A stretch of 64,000 nucleotides of DNA from the human T2T-CHM13v2.0 reference genome, Homo sapiens: NCBI RefSeq assembly GCF_009914755.1, contig NC_060927.1; one strand, written 5' to 3'. This document shows positions 29,319 to 37,105 of the stretch, one piece after another. How positions within the stretch are numbered: the first letter of the stretch is position 1; every line of letters begins with the position of its first letter. The notes under the pieces were generated by a model. It did not search any database. It saw only the letters and a list, made by a program, of their open reading frames with translations, and had not been told where the DNA came from. A program made the translations under genes and the position numbers.

Positions 29319-29822
29319 TCAACAATCTTGTGAGTTGAGGAGTTGATTCTCATTCTCATATCCATCAGGAAGATATGCCCTCCGTAGCTGGTCTGACTTA
29401 GGTATGGAGCCTCCATTCTTCACATGGCGAGATAGGAAAGCACGGACTGCTGGGTGATCAGCCTTCTCAAGTGGGATGTTGGCTTCCAGGCACATTTTCA
29501 CAAAGTCCTGGATAACACTGACTTTCTCTGTTTGCGCAGTACTGTTGCACTGAAGAGATGCAGTTAGGGGCCTCTGCTTCTTTCTCACATTCTGCTCTTC
29601 AAATTCTGCCTTCCTCTTGGTATGAGTCTTTGACTTGAGGTGGTCACTAATGGCAGACTTGCGAACATGATTCAGAACCACATTGCAAGAAGTGCAGAAG
29701 AGTTTTCCTCCATCTTCATGCAGCTCACCTCCAAACTCAGTGACTCGATCCAGGGGAGTCACATACAAAGCAGTCTTAGAACGGTTTCGAGCAGGTGGTG
29801 CTGTTACTACAAATCGCTCCAT
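29319..29822 (-). CDS. CGGBP1: CGG triplet repeat-binding protein 1 (167 aa; BED-type zinc finger, hAT-transposase derived)
   Basis: MERFVVTAPPARNRSKTALYV...FCTSCNVVLNHVRKSAISDHLKSKTH...NSQDC* recognised; ATG at 29820-29822 in AGA-ATG-G context, 23 nt inside a splice acceptor. Confidence 0.97.
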   Translation of the reverse strand: MERFVVTAPPARNRSKTALYVTPLDRVTEFGGELHEDGGKLFCTSCNVVLNHVRKSAISDHLKSKTHTKRKAEFEEQNVRKKQRPLTASLQCNSTAQTEKVSVIQDFVKMCLEANIPLEKADHPAVRAFLSRHVKNGGSIPKSDQLRRAYLPDGYENENQLLNSQDC

Positions 29823-29845
29823 TCTGACTCTAAATAAATATGGTT
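29823..29845 (-). other. CGGBP1: CGGBP1 last exon, 5'UTR portion
   Basis: Minus-strand acceptor CTTTGTTTCTTTTGTCTTGAAAG|AACC. Confidence 0.8.
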
Positions 29846-31032
29846 CTTTCAAGACAAAAGAAACAAAGATGAGTATTATAACAACAGTTCATTCTGGAAG
29901 TAATGAACAATAAAAGGCAGTATATAAACACTTCAAATACTTCAAAAAACTTAATTCAACTTAGTAGACTGTGTGTCTATTAATCTTAACTTACCTGAAA
30001 TATATAAGGGAAGGCAAAACTAGAACAAGTTACTAACCAGTCGCAATCAGGTCCATTCCTTGATTTTTACGAAATTCAAGTAAATTAGACTATAAAGAAA
30101 GAACTCAAACTATCCCAGATGTCACCATTATTTAGGGAAACCTAATCACAGTTCAACATTTAGGATATAAATTACATTCAGGATATAAATTGTATTAATC
30201 TCATCTAACTTAGATATGCATTCAAGTTCAAAAGAGCTTCTTTCCTGTCACAATTCTGGGACAACTGATTTTAGGAACACAACTGTGGATAAAGTTTTTT
30301 CAAACAGGTGGGCCTATAAACTGCCATAATTCTATATGAAGATGAATATAGTTTCCAAAATTGTTCTGAGGAAAAACCACAAAAAAAAAACCAGACCAAA
30401 TACAACTAAAAGCAACAATGACATTAAATTGTAAAGCCAAAATATACAGTTCAAAGTTATTTTGTAATGCATGTATACCTCCGTTTTCCAAAAGGTGTTA
30501 AGATATGCAAAGTCCTACTTCTCTAATACTTGTTTCCTTTTCCCATTAAAATTAATAATTACATTTGTTAATACTTACTTAACTAGTAAGAACAAAATCA
30601 AGAACATAGAGTCTAGTATACAGCAGAACCTCAATTAAAATTTGATGGAAAAAGTACGTATCTTCAATATTTGTCCAAATATTTATATTTATTTAATCTA
30701 GAAGCAGCTTAATTAATTTCTCAATTTATCCTAATAACACACTTTTATGAGCACTGCACTAAATACCAAATGACAGCCTTATGGGCATTGAAACCTTTAC
30801 ATAATGAACATATTTTGGTAGGTGACAAATCATCAAGTCTTAATTGTTCCCTGGGGCCATACCTTTGGGCTCTTACAATAACCAAGACTTAAGAAGTTAA
30901 AGTGAATTTGATAAAATTCAAGATGGAATTCTGTCTGCATAAATATGTTAGAGAAATAATTCTAAGTGTGCTCTGAAGAATTATGTCTCATAAGTGTAAT
31001 CAGAAACGATGGAGTATTCCATGAATACATAC

Positions 31033-31134
31033 TAGAGAATAGCTGGGTAACATGAACTCTCTTTCAAAAGGACTTTAAATTGCCAACGTATCAGACAGTC
31101 ATGGATCCAGAAGATTAAACATTCCACAGAAATT
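31033..31134 (-). other. CGGBP1: CGGBP1 non-coding exon (102 nt)
   Basis: Acceptor TACTTTTCAG|AATT, donor CTA|GTATGT. Confidence 0.7.
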
Positions 31135-31859
31135 CTGAAAAGTACGATAAAGTCTAGGTTTTAATAAATTTTATTTTTTCCACTTTTTTTTTTTTTTAAG
31201 TGCACAGCTCTCATTTGCCAAATATTGTGTTAGGCTACAGGTTTGCAACGGCAGAGAAGACAGTTATGATTCCTATCTAGTACTTACCATTACACGTTTA
31301 TACTTTAAGTAAATGGTATGTGTTTTACACTCCCTCACAAATCAGTACCAATTATGATTAATGGTTCTAACCTAGTTGTGGTAAATATACCAAATATAAC
31401 CTAGTTGTGGTAAATATGAGGTAACTATACCAAATATGGTTAATGGTTCTAACCTAGTTGTGGTAGATATTAAATATTTGTGCCCCGTAATGCGTTAAGT
31501 CTTACTTTCTATGTAAAAAGTCTTGTATCTTTAAATATTTGGATTTCAAAAACAATAAGCATGTAATTCTTTATAGCATAAAATGCTCAATCATTTGTGC
31601 TAATGTGAAAGGCCTATACTTTCCAATGTTTTCGTAATTTCAAGAAGTCTGTTTGTGTTACTGCAGAGGCAAATTTCCACCCAGTAGAGGATGCTCGAGT
31701 TTACATACCCGAAGAACAAAAGTGTTTTCAATAGAAGAAAACATTTTCAACAAATGAAGAAATTAAAAAGTGCAGGAATTAGCCAACAAAAGAGAAAAAG
31801 CATATCGTTTGCTAGATCAAAAGAAAACTCATCATAAGTTTTCAAGTTTAAATGTTTAC

Positions 31860-32064
31860 CGGATTAGTTTCCAGTTTTTTTCGTCTTGATACTTAGCAGG
31901 GAATGGTCTCCAGAGCGAAACCAGAGACGCATCAAATCCTGGCACTTTCCGTTTGTTCAACCCCGGAGATGCCTTCAAATCAGTTTTTCAACAAGTGGTG
32001 GTGGGGAAATAGTTTCTGGGCTTGCACCCGATTTTCCCTGTGGTGCCAGGAAGTCATGCCTTTA
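31860..32064 (-). other. CGGBP1: CGGBP1 non-coding exon (205 nt)
   Basis: Strong acceptor CCTTCCATTTGTTTTTCGTGTTTTACAG|TAAA, donor CCG|GTAAAC. Confidence 0.65.
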
Positions 32065-32655
32065 CTGTAAAACACGAAAAACAAATGGAAGGAAAAAATG
32101 GGGGACGGAAGGAGGGTGACTGAAAAGATGAACAAGAACGTCAACAACTGCCACCACGCAGGTGTTTCTAAAATCACTTTATAGGTAACTACAAACCCGA
32201 TCCCAACGTTTACCCTAACACTTCCCCTCCCAGGTCCTCCTCGGTGGTCCGCCCGCTTGGCACCTCCTCCAGCTCCCCAGGCCCGGGGGTTCGGGCGGGG
32301 GCGGGGGAGAGGCGGGGCCCGGGACGTTCCCGGCGTCTGGGCTCTCTCCTCCGGCGCCAAGCCCAGCACGCCGGCGCCCAGCCGTCCCGACCCCGCTAGC
32401 TGGGCAAGGCCGAGTCCCAGGTGCCAGCTGTGGGCCCGGGAACTCGACAGCCGACTTGGCGGCAGTCTCAAGGGAGGCGGCGGCAGGCGCCTGGCGGAGG
32501 CGGCCGCTGTCAAGCTTCCCGTCTCCTCCCTCTTCCTCCCGCCGACAACTGTGCCCCAGCCCCGCCCCCGGTTCCAGCTTCTGGACGGAAGGCCCCGGGC
32601 CCAGAGCCCGCACCAACGGTCGGGCCCACCCTCGGCCTCCCTAGCTCCTTGGTAC

Positions 32656-32800
32656 CGTAGGATCGAGGCCGCCGTTAGGGAAAGTGGACGAGGCCCGGCC
32701 GGAAAGGAAAAGAAAAGGAAGAAAGAGGAGCAAGGGAATAAGGGAGGAGGAGGATCCGTCGCTGCCGCCGTCGCCGCCGTTGCCCGATCGAGCCCCGCGG
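32656..32800 (-). other. CGGBP1: CGGBP1 first exon (TSS position uncertain)
   Basis: Donor ACG|GTACCA at 32655 within the CpG island, just downstream of the CCAAT cluster on the minus strand. Confidence 0.55.
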
Positions 32801-32924
32801 CGGCCGCCGTGTCCCCCGCCGCGCCCCGTCCGCCTGCACCGCCTATGGCAGAGCCCGTAGGCGGTCCCCAGCAACCGCCGAGCAGCATTGACCAACAGAC
32901 GGCCGGTTTATCAAACAGACTGTC

Positions 32925-33025
32925 GATTTCACCAATAGTAGTGGAAAGGCGGGCATGAACATGATTGGCAGCTTGCGTCTTCCAATAAAAACTGGGGGCG
33001 TGGGTGGGCGGAGCCGGAAGTAGAG
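32925..33025. promoter_or_regulatory. Bidirectional core promoter: CCAAT boxes (32932, 32964 reverse, 32982), GC boxes (~32995, 33006), ETS/GABP site CCGGAAGT (33014-33021)
   Basis: Motifs read directly; NF-Y, Sp/KLF and GABP sites are the usual set in TATA-less head-to-head promoters. Confidence 0.8.
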
Positions 33026-33109
33026 CCCAGCCGAGAGGCCCCTGTCCGGCTAGGGAGGAGGGAAGGGGGAGGGAACTAGAGAGGAGGAGGAGGTTAGCCT
33101 AGGCATCTA

Positions 33110-33126
33110 CGGCGGCGGCGGCGGCG
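33110..33126 (+). repeat. (CGG)5 tract just upstream of the ZNF654 ATG (probable 5'UTR)
   Basis: CGGCGGCGGCGGCGGCG read directly. Confidence 0.9.
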
Positions 33127-33160
33127 CAGGGGCTGGTACGCGCTGGGCGGCGAGAGCCTC

Positions 33161-33346
33161 ATGGCGGAGGAAGAGAGCGACCAAGAGGCCGAACGCCTCG
33201 GAGAAGAGCTTGTGGCCATTGTGGAGTCCCCGCTGGGCCCTGTGGGGCTTAGAGCTGCGGGCGACGGCAGAGGCGGCGCTGGCAGCGGCAACTGCGGCGG
33301 CGGCGTCGGAATCAGCAGTCGGGATTACTGCCGACGCTTCTGTCAG
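33161..33346 (+). CDS. ZNF654: Zinc finger protein 654, coding exon 1 (62 codons, phase 0)
   Basis: MAEEESDQEAERLGEELVAIVES...SRDYCRRFCQ; donor CAG|GTGAGG; joins exon 2 in frame; resembles the ZNF292/RLF N-terminus. Confidence 0.88.
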
Positions 33347-34384
33347 GTGAGGCGTCCGTTGGCCGCCCCGACTTGTCACCCGGGTCCTGGGCCTCTCTGC
33401 GTCTCCTGGTCTTCTCGTCCATGAATCTGGTCTATGTCCAGTGCCCGCTCCTCCCCAACAAGGAGGGTGAGGCTGAAGCTCCCTCCTCCACTTATCCGGC
33501 TTGGGGTGGGGGGCGGGGAGCAAGGCGAGGGTGACCCACGGGCTTAGGGTTGCTGAGAAAGTGAGTTTGTCGGGGATGGAGGGGCTGGAAAGAAGGAAGG
33601 TCGGCTGTCCGGAAAGCTCTGTCCTGACATGCCTTCCCTACCCCAAACAGACCTTCCTGCCCGAGAGTCCCGCCTTTCTTATGTTTCCTACCCTGGTCTT
33701 TCTCACCTCATTTGGCACCTCTGGTAACATTTTCTGCCTTCCCCTCTCCGCCGATTGCCCCCCGTGTTCTCCCCTTTTTTTCCGGGATGGGAGACATGCC
33801 ATCTTTCCTGTCACTGCCACTGTTCCCCCTCTTCTAGGGTCTCCTGTCATCCCCTCACAAGATCCCGCTGGGCCGGTTCTCCAGTTGGCGTAGACGCTGA
33901 CCCACGGTGATTTAGTTACTTTTTTCGGACAGAGAGTGCGTTAAGGCAATGTGATTGTCTTTTTTTTTAACCTCCTTCGGTTGACACACGCACTCTTTTC
34001 TAATTAACTGCTCATAATGAAAGTAATTTTCCTTAAACTCTTGCTCCGGTTAACATCACCAACCCCCCTCATCCTTCAATATATAATGTATTTTATTTAG
34101 CCTGTAAAATACAGTGTCTGAACGGTGACATTAAATTATTTACTCAGTCGACCGTCACAGGGGTTTGATGTTGTTCAAAGTGTTTGTAATCAAATATAAC
34201 AAATATACCCCTACTTTTTTAGGGGTAAAGTTTGTGTACTCTGCATTCTCATCTACCTGCATTTGTAATTTAAACGGTTTGTTCCCATTCACAACAATCT
34301 TTTCTTGCAAGCTATTTTGGGGAAAAAAATTAACTGCTCCTTTTCCATCCCATCCCTTTTAAAATGCGTCCATTAATTTGGGTG

Positions 34385-34530
34385 TATAGGGTTCAGATTC
34401 TGGCTCCACCATCTCCTGGCAGAAATTATTACCTTGGACAAGTTACTCTGTGTCTCAGTTTCCCCTTCTGTCAAAGAGGAGTAATAGTTAAATAAATATG
34501 TGAAGGGTTTGAATCAGGTAGCTATTAATT
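34385..34530 (+). mobile_element. MIR remnant
   Basis: GGGTTCAGATTCTGGCTCCACC...CCTTGGACAAGTTACTCTGTGTCTCAGTTTCCCCTTCTGTCAAA core. Confidence 0.65.
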
Positions 34531-36898
34531 TCGTTCTGATAACAAGTAGGAAATAAAGTTAATGAGAAATGGACATCATGTTTGCTGACATTTCTTTCAA
34601 TGCTTGTAAGGGATTTTTTCAATGCTTGTAAGGAATTTCTTTCAATGCTTGTAAGGGAAAGCTTGTAAGAATTCCCTTACAAGCATTGAAAGAAAAAGGA
34701 TGGAGTTGACATTTTTCAGGTAAATTTTTAATGCTTTAATTTAAATTGCCTTTTGATTTAATGTTTTCCCCCAGTGTCATAAAGAAGTTGGTTTGAAGAG
34801 TATGTCAGTTTCTTTGGCATTGCTATTTAATGACTTTCTTGAAAATGTATTTTTATTTTGATAATTGGCATTCACTTTTATTTTGATAATTGGCATTCAC
34901 TGAATTTAGAGGTTCAGTGTCTTGTTTTCAGAGCACTTGTTTTCTAACTATACCTTTTACATCTAGAAACCACGCTATTGGTAGATTTTGTATCTATAGG
35001 AATTGTAAACTTCTGAAAATTAGGATACAATTTATATTTTTAATATATTCAGGGGCTGAAAATCTATTTAATTTGTTTGTTTTGCTTTTTATATCAACAA
35101 CCAGCTACTAAAATTTTAGAACAAATGACAAATTTAGCCTGCAAAACACAGTGTCTTAATAGTGACAGTACAATATTTTAACAACAAATGAAGTTGACTA
35201 CTTTATGACTTCGCTACCTCCTGTATATCCAAGGAAATAAAACAGGAAGAACTTAATGAACGTTTATTTTCTATTGCTAAATTATGTTAGACTGACATAC
35301 TTTCATGTTACCAACTTTTACCTGAAACATAGTTTATTACCTGAAACTTTACATATTTTATAATACTCTAGGTTACTGAGAGATCTGCTCTGAGGTTTTG
35401 TCCTGGTTTTACTTTGCAGGTGAGCTTTGTGAAGTCCTTTTTTATATTAAAGCTTTTAGATGGAATAAAATATTCCTTTATTAAGTTGAATTTTATCTAC
35501 TGAGAAATAAAATTCTACCATAGTAATTGCTTCATTCGTCAGTAAGGGAAGCAGGGGGATTATTTAATCTAATTCCTAGTCGAAGATTTCTTTTTAAAAA
35601 TTTGGTTTTCTGACACTGAGGCTAATATTAAGTATAATAATTTGTTTTTATTAGTGAATGACTTAATCGTGAGTAATGCAATGGATATTGTGCAGTTGGG
35701 GTATGTGACAGTTAACTAAATACATGAATTATACAGACAGGCTAGTGGTGTTTCAAAGAAAGGCTCTGGTTTATCTTCCTCTTTTTAGAGGGAAATATGA
35801 ATCAAAATTTCTTGGCAGTTAGTTGTGTGGGCAAAGGGAGAGAGGAAGGAACACTTCTTTTCCAGAGGGGTTTTTGTGTCTTTTAGCATAAGGAAAAGTA
35901 AAACAGAAGATACAGTGTTAATAATATTGGACTGGCCCTATCACATCCTCCCTTGGCTCTTGTTAGCTGACTCAATAAATGCTTAAATAAAACTGGCCCT
36001 TAACTGATACTTAATTTGCTTTGAGGATGAAAGGTAGGGGAAAGTAACTTTTATGGAAGGCCTACTAACTCTTAAGCTTCAGACAGCAAGTAGCATAGTT
36101 GAAATTGAGGCATGAACAAGTTAAGGTGTCTTAGTTTCCATTATGTAGACATGCTGGGATTTGAACTCAGTCTTCAGTTTCTGCTGAAAAGCAGTAAGTA
36201 AATCCTCAATTATAGAGGGGAGTTTTTTGTTGTTGTTGCAAGTGATGTGAAAGGAAAAAGAAGTTACTGGAAATAACTTGGTATTATGGATGAAAAGTTT
36301 AGAAAGTACTCTTTCATTATGACACAGTAGTAAGAAATACTTCAAGAAGCAGACTGTTATTGTCTGACTTATTAAGTGCTGTAAACACTTTTCTAATTCC
36401 TGAAAGTTTTAATAATTCAATTTGTCACCAAATACACTGAATTTTTTGTCATAAATAGATTGTAAACTAAGGAAGTTAAGATAATTTCTTCTTAGTTCAG
36501 TGCCAGAATGAATATAATGAGTAATAAAAAAGGATTTCTGGAACCACTTTGATATGTTGATTGAAATATAATTTAAAATTATTTCATACTACAGTGGGGT
36601 TAATAGTCATGCCACGAGGATGTCATGAATATAAAAAGAGAGAAGAATATAATGTACTTAGTATTGTACGTAGCACACAGATAGACTTAAATAGGTAGAT
36701 GCTATTAATATTTCTCTCGTAAAATCCTCTGAGGATTTATGAGGGACATTAGAGATAATCTGTAGGTAGCTTATAATTTGTGTTTCGCAGTAAACTTGAG
36801 AGAAAATTTAGAAATGTTACAATTCTTAAATTCTGTTATTTAATTAGAAAAGCGGAATGCTCCTGGTGAAACACAATGATTTGTAAAACAACTGTGGC

Positions 36899-37105
36899 GG
36901 GGTTCTCAGAGATTTTGTTTCCCTTAGGAGACATTTGGCAATGTCAGGAGATAGTTTTGATTGTCATGATTGAGGTTTGCTGCTGACATCTAGTGCATGG
37001 AGGCTAGAGATGCTACTGAACATCCTGCAGTGCACAGGATGGCTCTAACAACAAAGAATTATCTGGTCCGGAATATCAGTAATGCCGAGGTTGAGAAACT
37101 TGGCT
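36899..37105 (+). mobile_element. MER20 (hAT-Charlie DNA transposon)
   Basis: GGAGACATTTGGCAATGTCAGGAGATAGTTTTGATTGTCATGA...AATGCCGAGGTTGAGAAAC. Confidence 0.75.

Larger units (their letters stand above)
32140..33560. promoter_or_regulatory. CpG island spanning both first exons
   Basis: Abrupt rise in GC and CpG density relative to the AT-rich flanks; boundaries by eye. Confidence 0.9.

Noticed and set aside
29319-29321. UGA recoded as selenocysteine
   Set aside because: I could not identify a SECIS element by eye, and the CUAG context explains readthrough more simply; a SECIS search would settle it.
29823-29852. 10-aa N-terminal extension (MKEPYLFRVR) in the ORF track for CGGBP1
   Set aside because: Starts at an intronic TTG upstream of the acceptor at 29846; not present in spliced mRNA.
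31980-32888. 302-aa minus-strand ORF across the CpG island
   Set aside because: Low-complexity G/A/P/R content expected from stop-poor GC-rich DNA; it runs through a CGGBP1 intron. Only its last 25 codons are kept, as uORF1.
32257-32958. 233-aa plus-strand ORF
   Set aside because: Non-ATG (TTG) start, antisense to CGGBP1 exon 1, upstream of the promoter core, no recognisable domain.
33347-33424. Continuation of the ZNF654 exon-1 ORF (VRRPLAAP...) and the 5' part of the 60009 ORF
   Set aside because: Intronic sequence beyond canonical splice sites.
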